Part shown: positions 17,971 through 28,399 of the stretch, piece after piece
How the letters are laid out: every line of letters starts with the position of its first letter
Position numbering within the stretch: the stretch's first letter is position 1
Source: a virus
Lineage: Duplodnaviria > Caudoviricetes
IMG/VR virus record: IMGVR_UViG_3300029955_000001
Reading direction: 5' to 3' (one strand)
DNA: 64,000 nt
Made by a program: the position numbers and the translations under genes
The notes under the pieces: model-generated
The model's database searches: none
Told to the model about the DNA's origin: nothing
What the model saw: only the letters and a program-made list of their open reading frames with translations

Positions 17971-18582
17971 TTATTTCTTAAAGATATTTCCGAAATTGCT
18001 ATTCTGTTTATTAATAGCATCGTTGCTCGGCTCTCGTTTATCAGACAATGGCGAATTCTTCAAATTATCAATAACCGATAATTGTTGTTTTGTTTTAGCC
18101 GTATGTCGCTCGCTTTTTAATAAACCACTGTTCTTTAGTTTATCTTCGAGTTCTTCTTTTGTCAGAGGTTTAGGAGGAAGTTCAGTTCTACCGAGCGCTG
18201 GAACAGATACCAAAGTAACGCTAACCGTTGTTGCTGACTCATCAGCTAATGCTTTTAAGTATAAATCACCACCAGTTAGGATATGATATTTTTTATCATG
18301 TCGAACAACACGTAAAATGTCCGCGTAAACATGACTGGCCATGTTTTCTGGTTCTATGACTGTATCAAGAACAAGATCGTTAATATCTACTTCAATTTCT
18401 TTTGCGAACTTACTCACGATTTTTATTTGATCGTAAACGTACCGAACATCACAAAGAGAAATTACCGCACTACTCGTATCTATTGTTTTATTAACTGGTT
18501 TTTTATTTTTTGTTTTAGAACGTTTGCGTGAAGCTCCCTGCACATCCGGAGTATTTTGCTGTTGCGCAACTACATTATCCAT
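17971..18582 (-). CDS. Hypothetical protein, degenerate ParB/Srx-like, paralog of 18610..19071
   Basis: KYHILTGG...LVSVPAL matches KYTVIIGQ...LISTPAL in the neighbour. Confidence 0.55.
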   Translation of the reverse strand: MDNVVAQQQNTPDVQGASRKRSKTKNKKPVNKTIDTSSAVISLCDVRYVYDQIKIVSKFAKEIEVDINDLVLDTVIEPENMASHVYADILRVVRHDKKYHILTGGDLYLKALADESATTVSVTLVSVPALGRTELPPKPLTKEELEDKLKNSGLLKSERHTAKTKQQLSVIDNLKNSPLSDKREPSNDAINKQNSNFGNIFKK

Positions 18583-18609
18583 GACGACCTCTTTGTGTAA
18601 ATATAAAAA

Positions 18610-19071
18610 TTATTTTCTATTGAAGTTACTACCAGAATTAAATTCACGTGGTGTTCTTCTATCTTCAAATCTTGGTCGATTTGAAAATGCTGGAGGATAA
18701 GTTGGCGCTATGACTGCTACGGGCACTGGTTGTTCTGGATTAATGCGAACGCTCTTTAAAGCTGGGGTGGAAATAAGACGTCCTTTAATCATTGCTTTGC
18801 CTGACTTAATCGCCTCAGTAACATAATTCTGACCAATGATAACAGTGTACTTACCATGTTGTTTAAAATAGAGCGGGCCAGTGAAGTCAATAGGTTCATT
18901 TGAATTCTCTATTGTAACTACGTGATCTGGGTTAATTTCTTTTGTTTCAGAAAATGGATTAATATCAGCAACACCAACTGCAATCGTAGACCCTGCTTTT
19001 CCAAGCAGAATTAAACGGTCAAGCTGATAACGGTTCTTGTTAAAAACAAGTACGGCTTCTTTGTTGCTCAT
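18610..19071 (-). CDS. Hypothetical protein, degenerate ParB/Srx-like
   Basis: PLYFKQHGKYTVIIGQNYVTEAIKSG resembles the ParB core P....G.Y.IIDG.HR..A...G. Confidence 0.55.
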   Translation of the reverse strand: MSNKEAVLVFNKNRYQLDRLILLGKAGSTIAVGVADINPFSETKEINPDHVVTIENSNEPIDFTGPLYFKQHGKYTVIIGQNYVTEAIKSGKAMIKGRLISTPALKSVRINPEQPVPVAVIAPTYPPAFSNRPRFEDRRTPREFNSGSNFNRK

Positions 19072-19190
19072 AGTTTTGAAATCCTTTTAAAGTAAGTTAC
19101 ACATAGAAGAGATGCATACCGGTTATTTTTAACCAGTATTTGTTTACTACAGAGTAATTCTGTTCTTATTTATTACACTGCTCACCTTAG

Positions 19191-19218
19191 TGATATATGT
19201 GTTTATTTTTTTAGAATG
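19191..19218 (-). promoter_or_regulatory. Putative early promoter
   Basis: Minus strand CATTCTAAAAAAATAAACACATATATCA shares the ACATATAT core with 810-836 and 1157-1183; directly after a terminator. Confidence 0.4.
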
Positions 19219-19257
19219 CGGCATAGAGGCTGAGTATTACCCCAGCCTCTGCTTTTT
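19219..19257 (-). terminator. Terminator of the vRNAP-protease operon, with TATGCCG tail
   Basis: AGAGGCTG-N10-CAGCCTCT stem 19225-19250; CGGCATA 19219-19225. Confidence 0.7.
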
Positions 19258-20029
19258 ACCATTCCGTGTAAGCAGCTTTTTTAGTAGTATCGAAACTATC
19301 TAAGGCAGACCACCCTAAACTAGCATATAACTCATCCGCACTCAAATGAGTAGACTCACGAGAAAAACCAGGAAGTGATTGTTCTTTAAAACTGCGCTCT
19401 ATAACGCCACGAGAAAAACTCATATCAAGAAGATTCTCAAGGGCAGGAGATTTCCATTTCTCAGCCACACTAATGCCTGGTTCGTTTACATGATCGAATG
19501 TTACAATGTTTCGAAGTGCTCGTTTATAAACACCATTTTGACGGAAGTCATCAGTGAATGCTCGAATAGAAAAACATATGTTCTCATTTGGGTTAGCTAG
19601 TTCTTTTTCAAGGACATACCCTAATTCACCAGAAGGACATACTTCGCTAATAATAGCAATGACCGGTTTACCATTAGCATCTTTAATGTTGTTGTAATCA
19701 AGCGTAATCGATGCGTGATGACAGCAAATTCTATTCTCGACAATTGTCATGACACGATTCGCAAACGACTCTACAGACTGATTAGGGTCCATCCTAGGGT
19801 GTCCGTTTTCGCCTCGCAGTGACCCGCGCGCTACACGTCGTTGAAACTGACTAGAACTTTCAAATAAATCTTTGGCTTGTTCGTAGACATATAGTTGCCC
19901 AGCCGAGTTGAATACATTTAAAGCACCAACTACCATCGGATAATAACCTTTGGCATTCTTTTTAAGCTCGCCTACTTTATTTACTCCAACTAGTGAAGTA
20001 CATGCAAATGTAACAGAATTTAAAGCCAT
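19256..20029 (-). CDS. Prohead (head maturation) protease, phiKZ gp175-like
   Basis: GENGHP (catalytic His), FSIR (catalytic Ser), VTFD..NEPGI..A.K..SPALE (putative self-cleavage site). Confidence 0.88.
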   Translation of the reverse strand: MALNSVTFACTSLVGVNKVGELKKNAKGYYPMVVGALNVFNSAGQLYVYEQAKDLFESSSQFQRRVARGSLRGENGHPRMDPNQSVESFANRVMTIVENRICCHHASITLDYNNIKDANGKPVIAIISEVCPSGELGYVLEKELANPNENICFSIRAFTDDFRQNGVYKRALRNIVTFDHVNEPGISVAEKWKSPALENLLDMSFSRGVIERSFKEQSLPGFSRESTHLSADELYASLGWSALDSFDTTKKAAYTEW

Positions 20030-20061
20030 GGTATTTTCCTTAAACTATATATTTACTTCCA

Positions 20062-20787
20062 TCACCTTCGAATAATGGATTCGATTCTTTCCACTCTTTC
20101 GGTCGGGTTCACAAGAGAAGAAACCAACCCTTCATCAAAATAACTACCAAGTAATTTATTGGTAGTGTTAGTAGCCGCATATTGAACACTGCGTAAGCCA
20201 ATAAACGCAGGAGGATTAGTTTCTAATTCATCAAGAGTTTGAACAGAATGACGATAATACTCATGACGATTTTCAGAGTTACGAGAAATCATTGAAGCAA
20301 TTAATTCCATCACCTCGTGTGTTTCCCCGATACCAGCGCCAGCATGTTTCTTTGCAGTATCTAATAGCAACCCAAGTTCTCGATAGCCAACATACCACGG
20401 CACATGGCCTTTAGATGCAATTTCATCAAATATTTTGTAAACTAATATATCTGTTTTAACGAGATCGATTGAAGAAAATACAGTACTACCTGGCTCAAAA
20501 TAAAACTCGTAACATTCATCTTCATTAAACGTTACCTTCATTGTAGAAGTAGGTTCTATGCGAATCATTGCGTTAACAAGAGACACACCGTAATACTTGT
20601 CTTCGCAAGTAATCGCATAGATACCAACAATGTGTGTTTCAATGCCAATTGTGGCTAAGCCTCTTTCAGCAAATCGACTAGGTATATAAATCTTTACAGC
20701 ACGTTTAGCGCGCACAGACCTATCTTCTAAAACTTCTAAACAAGCATGTACCTTATCTGCATCACGAATAAGTTCTTTGGGATTCAT
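20062..20787 (-). CDS. Conserved virion protein (phiKZ gp176-like)
   Basis: 241 aa; position between gp177-like gene and protease. Confidence 0.6.
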   Translation of the reverse strand: MNPKELIRDADKVHACLEVLEDRSVRAKRAVKIYIPSRFAERGLATIGIETHIVGIYAITCEDKYYGVSLVNAMIRIEPTSTMKVTFNEDECYEFYFEPGSTVFSSIDLVKTDILVYKIFDEIASKGHVPWYVGYRELGLLLDTAKKHAGAGIGETHEVMELIASMISRNSENRHEYYRHSVQTLDELETNPPAFIGLRSVQYAATNTTNKLLGSYFDEGLVSSLVNPTERVERIESIIRR

Positions 20788-20801
20788 ATACCTACCTTAA
20801 G

Positions 20802-22277
20802 TTATTTGAGTACTGTAACACGAAACTGTGTGCTGACCCAATACGCTATATATTCTAACACACTAACAGCAGCAGCTTCACGCACGTCAATTGTTGGATT
20901 TTCTTTCTTAATTCGTTCAATACCAGAAAGAATACGTTCCGCATCTGTGTGAAAGAAACGTGCATTACAAACGAGTCTTAAACACAAATCCCACAGGTCA
21001 TCTAATTCGCTTTCACGAGCAGCCTCTAACATTTTAGAAAAACGTCTTACAATGTTATCTCTGCTATCTGGCAAAGGTTCTTTTACTTCATCCAGGTCAC
21101 GTAGTTGACGATCAAACTCTTTTGTAAGAATGTGCTTCGTTCTAGTGAAACGACGATTGCTTTCTGTTACAGAAGTAATAGACGAATGGCGCGCCCATAA
21201 CGTTTTCAGTTCGATAGCTTTATCATTGATTGAAGAAACAGTACAAACTGGAACCCCGGTTAACGTGTTGCCAAACAAGATTTCGTTTTCACCACCGTCC
21301 TGAATCCATTTACTATATACGTCGCTATTGACAATTGTTTTAGTTCCTTGTACAGATTTAACAAGAATTTTATTCTTTGAAGAACTATCATGATCGTCAA
21401 TAGCACGACATAACCGAGAACCGGCTTGATTGCGATATTCGACAATCAAATTATTAAATGCATTTAGGCCCATTGTTGTTTCTGGCAAAGGCTTATCAGC
21501 TAATGCGTTAGCTAATAGATAGATAGCTAATGCATTATCAACGCCTTCAGCAGGACACTCTGTAAATGTGTTAAAACGAAGTTGTTGTTTCTCACTTAAC
21601 TCCGCTTGTTTAATTTGGAACACATGAGTCCAAATACGAATGAAGAAACTATCTCCTTTTACAGATGCCCATTCATCAATCGCGTCATTAAGATTCTTAG
21701 TTCCTGTCTTCATCAGCTTCAACATTTCTTCCACTGTAATGAGCGGTAACTTCATTGCTAGCGGTGGTGTGTTGAATGGTTCTTCTTCAAAACGACGTAC
21801 TGATTTTTCTAGTGCACTGTTTAACAACGGAGCAGGAGGAGAGTAAGTGATTACCTCCATACCCAATAAAGAAGATGGCGTAGTCAGACTTAACTCACGA
21901 TGAACTCGTGATACCAGATCAGCAACAGCCGGAGCAACTACCGTTTTTGCAAACAAGATATATCGCTTAACAGCTTCTGTAACTAACAGTGTTGTATTGT
22001 CCAATACTTCGTCATGAGCAGATGTTCCAAATGCTTCATTCTTAGCATTGGCCATGTATGTAATCATCTTAACATTAGGACTGCCCACACCTTCTACTTT
22101 TACGCCAGGTACACCAGACGTTTTTTCTGTACTAGAAAAAGCAATACGCGCATCAGAACGAGTCGCTTTCACTAGCGTGTCCAGTGGTGTGCCTTCAATT
22201 GGAGTAAGAACTATGTTGTGTTCATCCAAAATCTGAGTGAGAGTTAACGCACTATCAAGAGCTTCTACGTTCAACAT
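20802..22277 (-). CDS. Conserved virion protein (phiKZ gp177-like)
   Basis: 491 aa; synteny downstream of vRNAP beta. Confidence 0.6.
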   Translation of the reverse strand: MLNVEALDSALTLTQILDEHNIVLTPIEGTPLDTLVKATRSDARIAFSSTEKTSGVPGVKVEGVGSPNVKMITYMANAKNEAFGTSAHDEVLDNTTLLVTEAVKRYILFAKTVVAPAVADLVSRVHRELSLTTPSSLLGMEVITYSPPAPLLNSALEKSVRRFEEEPFNTPPLAMKLPLITVEEMLKLMKTGTKNLNDAIDEWASVKGDSFFIRIWTHVFQIKQAELSEKQQLRFNTFTECPAEGVDNALAIYLLANALADKPLPETTMGLNAFNNLIVEYRNQAGSRLCRAIDDHDSSSKNKILVKSVQGTKTIVNSDVYSKWIQDGGENEILFGNTLTGVPVCTVSSINDKAIELKTLWARHSSITSVTESNRRFTRTKHILTKEFDRQLRDLDEVKEPLPDSRDNIVRRFSKMLEAARESELDDLWDLCLRLVCNARFFHTDAERILSGIERIKKENPTIDVREAAAVSVLEYIAYWVSTQFRVTVLK

Positions 22278-22278
22278 A

Positions 22279-22482
22279 TTAAATTTCTCCCAAATAAGGC
22301 GTTACTTTTCGTTGAAAACAAGTTTGTGCTAGGTTGTAAATAATAGAACGGGATAACGGAGATCCGTTTAAAGTGTCCGCTACTTCGTTACCCAATACAC
22401 CCTGCGCCACGCTAGCTACTAACTCATTAGCGTTAGCTAGTGTTACTAAAGTTCTTTCTGAATCTTGATTATTTAAACCCAT
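22279..22482 (-). CDS. Small hypothetical protein
   Basis: 67 aa; AGGA RBS; tightly packed in the operon. Confidence 0.6.
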   Translation of the reverse strand: MGLNNQDSERTLVTLANANELVASVAQGVLGNEVADTLNGSPLSRSIIYNLAQTCFQRKVTPYLGEI

Positions 22483-22517
22483 GATGTTTTCCTATGAAAA
22501 TAACTATTACGTCGCAT

Positions 22518-22730
22518 TTAATTTTGACCTTTGTATATCTTACACGCCTTAGCGCTAATGACGTTAAGTAAAGTGCATGTTGTTCCAATAATATCTGGAC
22601 TACACACAATACGATTTTGTATACTGAGAGCACCGAATATGGCATCTATTTTAACACCGGATTCGGTAGTGATGTCGTCATTCAGAATTGTGCCAAAAAC
22701 TGTTTTCATTTGATTACAGAACACGCCTTT
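22518..22730 (-). CDS. rpoB: vRNAP beta subunit (phiKZ gp178-like), exon 4 of 4
   Basis: Begins AAA GGC GTG (KGVFCNQMK) right after the intron terminal G at 22731; splicing restores GD-KGVFCNQMK, equivalent to bacterial GDK-x7-K. Confidence 0.88.
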   Translation of the reverse strand, partial: KGVFCNQMKTVFGTILNDDITTESGVKIDAIFGALSIQNRIVCSPDIIGTTCTLLNVISAKACKIYKGQN

Positions 22731-23083
22731 CCTTTTGTCCAATTAGTTCGTTAGACTAACCCGGTGTGCACTGACACCCGCCTACATTTTCATGTAGGAG
22801 CAGATCATATCTTCATCCTCTATTTCTAGTTAGGATGTTTCCCATTTCTGTCCACTTGGACTCTACACCGTGGTAAGCGGTTGATCGTTGAACCTTTTCC
22901 ATTTTACAGGAACTTGGCTGCTAAAGAGGATCTTAGATCCTACGGTTGCCCATTGTAATATCCGTTTCGTTTTTAGACCATGGCTTTGTCTTTCGACTCG
23001 CAGTGGTGAAACAGCTTTAGGGGGTTCCAGCAGTTAGAGAAAATTCATTTGAACATTACTAATCAAATGGACTATATTTTTTA
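22731..23083 (-). mobile_element. Group I intron beta-I3, ORF-less, 353 nt
   Basis: 5' exon ends in U (GGTGAT); P AACTGCTGGAA, Q CAGCCAAG, R GTTCAACGATCA, S GAAGATATGATC; P9 with GAAA loop; ends AAAAGG. Confidence 0.9.
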
Positions 23084-23998
23084 ATCACCTACACCAGCAG
23101 GAACTTCACCTGTGATGTATACTTTAATTGCTAACGTATCTAACGATAACGGATCACCTTCGATTCTAAAACCTTCATCTACGGAACCAGTATAGGCTGT
23201 TTTACCAGCCGCTCGATTACGCTTAGAGAATTCACGATCGTAAGTAGTTACAATACTACGCAATGAATCCGACATGTCTTCAATCATTCCGTTGTAAAAT
23301 ACCTCAATCCGTTCTATTTTACCAATCGTTTTAGCTTGTGGTGTTTGAGCACTTAATATACGTAATGTATCTAATGATTCTTCATCAAAGAGACCTGATT
23401 CAGCTGTAATAGCATCTTCGATTACACATAAAATACTCTCAGATTCCACCTTATCACCAGGTTTGACTAACCGACGTATACTTTGATCAAAATTAACAAC
23501 AATGTATTTTACCTTTGTTGTTGACGTAGATAACAACTTAGCTGCTCTTCTAGAAATAGCAGAGGAATCGTCTAGTGTGGCGTTTGATTCCATTAGCGCC
23601 GTCTTTACCATAATGCCAGATTTCCAAACAACATCGTTTGGATTGAAAAGATCTTTTTCAAAGAAACCTGTATTATAACAAATAAGCTCACTTGTTTTAA
23701 ATACCTGACCAGGGATCATATCTGTTTTCACAGAATGAGGGATCACTAAACCAGCAGCATTACCAAAACGTCTACCTAATTCATATCCAGTTGGTTTTTC
23801 ATCTCCGTCATATTGAACAATAATACCGTGTTCTGAAACAGAAATTACTTTACCAGGTTTCTTTGCGGTCATAGCAAACAGATCGCTTGTCCTGTGAGGT
23901 AACACTTGCTCGTAACCAGTACGAATTTGCGGTTGCGCATAACCTATACAAGACACGACGTGACTAGCTTGAACCGATGCAAAATTTACCCGTTTGGG
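23084..23998 (-). CDS. rpoB: vRNAP beta subunit, exon 3 of 4
   Basis: Begins CCC AAA CGG (PKRVNFASVQASH), in frame with track ORF 23081..23956; ends GVGD. Confidence 0.88.
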
Positions 23999-25434
23999 CC
24001 TTTTGTCCAGTGAGGTCGCTTTACTCTCCTCACCCGGTGTGTTAAGACACCCGCCTACACTTTCATGTAGGAGCAGACTATATCTTCATCCTCTTAGAAT
24101 AAGTAGGATGTCTTCTATTTCCCCAGGGCTTCCTAGGTACTGGCTGATAAGGCCATAGTCGTTGAACGTTCCTCGTATCGTTTCCGATCATTAGAGGCTT
24201 CGCTGCGGATTACCCAATCTTTATCTTTGTTACCGTACCCAGGTAATTATTCTGGCCGCTAGTCAGTTTCCTATACTAGTTTGGTAGATAAAGCTCTAAG
24301 GGACTTCCCGCCAATTAAAAAGAATTTCATTGAATATTACTATTCAATGAGACCTAGATTGTTTATTAAAATTAATACGGATAATATCCGTACCTATAAC
24401 CATCAGAAAAAACTTTTTCACCATTCGATTTAAGACGATAATTAAGTGCAGTTGTTGTCAACCTGTGCCACTTCGCGCACTCTACAGCGGAAGGATATAT
24501 TTTAAACTCACCATTTTCATTATTTACTACTTTTACGCACCGACTACATGAAAAATTATTTAACTCCAAATATGGATCAATAACTTCTCTCCATGGTGTT
24601 AAGTCATGCGCCCAGCGTATTTGAATAAAATTTGGTAAGACAGGTTGATCTTCGCGACGTATCCATTGAGAAAGCGTCGGTAACGCAATGTCCAAGTCTT
24701 TAGCTAACTCACTCATTTGGTTATATGTTGCTATTTCACCAGTAAGTACGTTACGAACACTAATCGCTTTGGAAGTGCTATTCTGCAAAAGAGCTTGCTC
24801 AACTGAAATAGGAATTATCCATGGTTCATTAGAGTGTGATCCGCGATACTGTTTTCGCTCAGGAAACACTCTTTCTTCACCAACAAAGATACGATAATTA
24901 ATTGCATCTTTCGACATACCCATAAAACGAGCACACTCAATAATACTTGGAAATTTTCTAATATTCCCAGTATCTATATCTCTAACCGAAATAGGAATAC
25001 ATTTTGGTGTAATTCCCATTGCACCAGCATGTTCCGCATTTCCTTGATAAGTAGTCCATTCTAAATTATCTAACCAATCATCACCTTTAACGGTGTTAAT
25101 GTGATTGACAACAAGTGAGGTTATGTCTACGCCGGGATGTTTAAAAACATAACACAGTAAACGATGTCTTCCCCATGTTAGGGTATAGTTATCATCACCA
25201 AATATCCGGTAATTTACATAGCCATCAGGATTTCTACTACCTTCCAAATTAATGCGTGTAGTTTTATTGATTACTCGACCATCAATAGAAATTACATAGT
25301 TCGAGTATCCTGGTATTTCATAATAACCAGGAAAATCAATACTTTCTTTTAATTCATGGTTATACATTTAACACTCCTTAATATTCAACATATTATAGTG
25401 TGTTAATTTTATTTTAATTCAAAACAATCTGTTA
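23999..25434 (-). mobile_element. Group I intron beta-I2, 1436 nt, with HNH ORF
   Basis: P AATTGGCGGGAAG, Q AATCCGCAGC, R GTTCAACGACTA, S GAAGATATAGTC; terminal G 23999; splicing joins DRDD to PKR. Confidence 0.9.
24372..25367 (-). CDS. Intron-encoded HNH homing endonuclease (NUMOD4-HNH with C-terminal NUMOD1/IENR1-like repeats)
   Basis: IPGYSNYVIS..GRV; RHRL; VNHINTVKGDD.LDNLEWTT..GN..HA; SIIECARFMG and SAVECAKWH repeats; AAGGAG RBS. Confidence 0.88.
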   Translation of the reverse strand: MYNHELKESIDFPGYYEIPGYSNYVISIDGRVINKTTRINLEGSRNPDGYVNYRIFGDDNYTLTWGRHRLLCYVFKHPGVDITSLVVNHINTVKGDDWLDNLEWTTYQGNAEHAGAMGITPKCIPISVRDIDTGNIRKFPSIIECARFMGMSKDAINYRIFVGEERVFPERKQYRGSHSNEPWIIPISVEQALLQNSTSKAISVRNVLTGEIATYNQMSELAKDLDIALPTLSQWIRREDQPVLPNFIQIRWAHDLTPWREVIDPYLELNNFSCSRCVKVVNNENGEFKIYPSAVECAKWHRLTTTALNYRLKSNGEKVFSDGYRYGYYPY

Positions 25435-27078
25435 ATCATCTCTATCTGAAGCTGGTGAAAGTAAAGCTGTGGTGGATATTAACGCAGTAGCTCCAGTTTC
25501 CCCAATCTTGTATCGGCGAGACATTCCACGTAATGAAGTGAACTGTGGGTCAGCTGATAAGTACGTATTAACCGCTACGTCCTTACTATCCGAAGTAGCT
25601 TCAGATATTGTACCCATATCGTTAGCGTGATAGATACGTGCGTTCTTAGTCATACTGCGACTATTACGACCACCAGTACCAGCAAATGTTACTGCTTCCA
25701 TTTCTTTCAGATTCTGAACTGGATTTATATCACTAACTAATGCTACGGATGGATCTTGCATAATGTTTTTCCATACAGCATAGGGATTCAAATCAATTGG
25801 TACTTTTGATTTTCCTATACGACCATTATGTCCACGAATAGCCCTTACAATTTCACCATAGACAGCCCCCGCCATACGCTCGTAACCTTTAATACGCATG
25901 TACTGCGAATCAAGTTCATCAGGATGTTTATCATTTAACAACATCTGACAGCTACGAATTAATAGATCTCTGAAATTTAACGGCTCTTTCATTTCTATTA
26001 ACAAATCACGTGTAATGGGATCAATATACATCTGGTATAACAAATCAATTTCACGAACATAACGAGCGCTAGCGCCGTTGTTCTCTAAGACATTTAAATA
26101 AATACCACGTTTGTCGAATTCGTGAACACTATACTGACGAATAACTTTATGGTATTCATTAAAACCAGCCAGTATCATGGATGCTTCTTTATTGTCTTTT
26201 TGGAACACTAAAGTCTCATCACTAAATACAATAGGATATTCATTTGGCATTAAGTTAACACGAGTCCCCGCAGGTACTCTACGTGGGTTTACTTTCAATA
26301 ACTTAATTAGTCTATCCAAACCAATTTCATACCCAAGAATAATACCAATTGGAATGGTGCGACCTAACACCTTTGCCTCAGCAAAATCAATTGGTTCTTT
26401 ATCTATATCAAGGCCGAGCAATTCCTCAATCGTGCCGAATGGTTGAAGAATACCGTCTGCTGTGATGTAGATAAAATCATTCTTATCTAGAACTAATAAC
26501 GCATCGCTTTCTCGTTGAACGCCATCTGAATTAACAGCGTGCCCAATAATGATTGATCCATCTTTTTCATAGATCGCTATTGATTCTCTGCCGTAAAGAG
26601 CTTCGCGTCTCGTGTGATCAAACTGTAAAGCAAATGTATACGTGTAGGCTTCATCGACGCGAATTTGCTGTGGATCAAATGCTACTTTCTGCTTAGGAAC
26701 AGCATTATTTTGAGACATCACAGACTGATGTTTTATTTCAGCCCATTTACTGATATCTTCTTCTGGCTCTTTTTCTTTAAAGGCAATGTTACTTGGCGTT
26801 GGTCGTTTTACATCTGGACGTTCGGCTGTTAATGTAAAACCACGGAACCCTAGCGCTAACGTGCTGTAAAGTTTAGGACAATCAAACAAATTATCAAACA
26901 CTGTACCAGGGTGCATACTTGTTACTGAGTCATCTGTTGGATCTAGTCCTTTAGCGACAATCTGATTGCGAAGCCATGTACCAGAGTCATTAACGCGTTT
27001 CTCGCTACGACTAACAAACACTGTACCGTAGTAACTAGTAAGCTTTACCGTATCTGGCGATGTCTTACGAATTGGAAG
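25435..27078 (-). CDS. rpoB: vRNAP beta subunit, exon 2 of 4
   Basis: Begins CTT CCA ATT CGT AAG (LPIRK); contains GTGGR, GTISEATSDSKDVAVN; the first 39 aa of the track ORF are intronic. Confidence 0.88.
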
Positions 27079-28399
27079 CATTCCAATTAAATGGACCATA
27101 TCATCATCCTCAACATTACTTGTTAGGATGCCTACCATTTCGGGACTATTAATCCCTACTCTACTTGCTTTAATTACTAAATTAATAGCAACCATCTGAT
27201 TTTACACAGATGTTATTATGCGATGATTTGCAATAGCTTTCGATGGCCTCTGAACACACTCCGTATATTAAAATAAATACTTAGGAGCTTCGTTGCGGAT
27301 TATGTCTTTTAATAACGTTTTTACTATTCTCAACACTTCCATTACTGGGTTGAGTATTACAGTGTGTTTCCACCTGTAAGTAGTAGTTATTAAAATTATA
27401 GACGTTTTCCCGCAGTTAGATAGGTTTTGTTGTACCGTATTACTACGATACGGGGACCGGTAAATGAACGTACAAAAATAAATTAAATTTAGAATAAGAC
27501 GTGGAAATTATTAATATTTTTTTCCAGTTCTTTTACAATGTCTTTAACGAGGACACCACTTGGGAGCTTAAACGTATCGTAAACTTCAAGGGCATTTCTA
27601 AAGACTTGTAATTTTCCATCAACAACAAACCAATAACGATAAATTTGTTTAAGTCTCATTACCAGTTCTTTTTCTACAGAATCACTTTTGAGATGTAGAT
27701 AAGTTAAAACGATTAAATACTCTTTTCGAGCTTTAATAAAAAGCTTTTTTAATTCATCGTTTTCTTTTGTTCTCAAATAAACTTCTTCGCCACCAAAAAT
27801 ATCGATAGGCCTATAATGTTGCAAACCATTAAATTCGATATGAATGTTTAACTTAGGTAAAAAGAAATCACTTCTTAGGAGAGATGGTGATAATCTAAAT
27901 TCTCTAATATGTTCAATATTAAAGTTTTTTAAACATAACTCGACAGCTTTCTCACCTTTTGATTCCATACAAATACGACAACCGGCTTTATTCGAAAGAT
28001 GACCGTTTGGTTTCTGCCAAAACGATCCATGCGTAGGACAAATTATTTCTACATGTTCTTTATTGCCGTTATACTTAACCTTACTATAATCGTATTTATT
28101 ACCATGAATTAACTTAGCGTCTTTTATAAATTCTTCTGTAGTTTTCTTATGTTCTTCTATAAAACATTTTTTACACCCACACCCAGCTAAATGTGAACAC
28201 GCTTTCTGATAAAATAACCCGTGTCTTAGACACGTAATAGTTAACTTATCATGAGCTAGAAATATTTCTGGTAGAAGATCATAGTTGTTTGTTTATAAAA
28301 CGGATGGTCTTTTATTTCTTAATTTATTTAAAAATGTTTCTTTGTTCATTGTAGCCTTTTTATCATACAGTAATAAAACCTATATAACAATGGCTTTCA
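27079..28399 (-). mobile_element. Group I intron beta-I1, 1321 nt, with a disrupted endonuclease ORF
   Basis: Guide sequence GTCCCCG (27457-27451) pairs with exon end TGGGGAT via U-G; P AACTGCGGGAAA, Q AATCCGCAAC, R GTTCAGAGGCCA, S GATGATATGGTC; terminal G 27079. Confidence 0.9.
27489..28349 (-). pseudogene. Intron-encoded endonuclease (two Zn-finger repeats + PD-(D/E)XK/Vsr-like domain) with premature TAA at codon 19
   Basis: ATG 28349 is in frame with track ORF 27489..27968 (286 codons plus stop); TAA at 28295-28293; C-x2-H...H...C-x2-C repeats; SDFFLP...IEFNGLQHY nuclease motif. Confidence 0.75.

Noticed and set aside
22731-22742. TTG start and MDKR of the 74-aa track ORF
   Set aside because: Intronic GGACAAAAGG end shared with beta-I2; P9.0 pairing supports the last G as the terminal G
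27079-27195. N-terminal 39 aa of the 587-aa track ORF (MVAINL...IGM)
   Set aside because: Lies in the 3' part of intron beta-I1, including the S element; true exon starts at 27078
28293-28295. Genome-wide stop-codon reassignment suggested by the in-frame TAA
   Set aside because: TAA is the normal stop for many genes here and long ORFs are intact under code 11; this is a single local lesion
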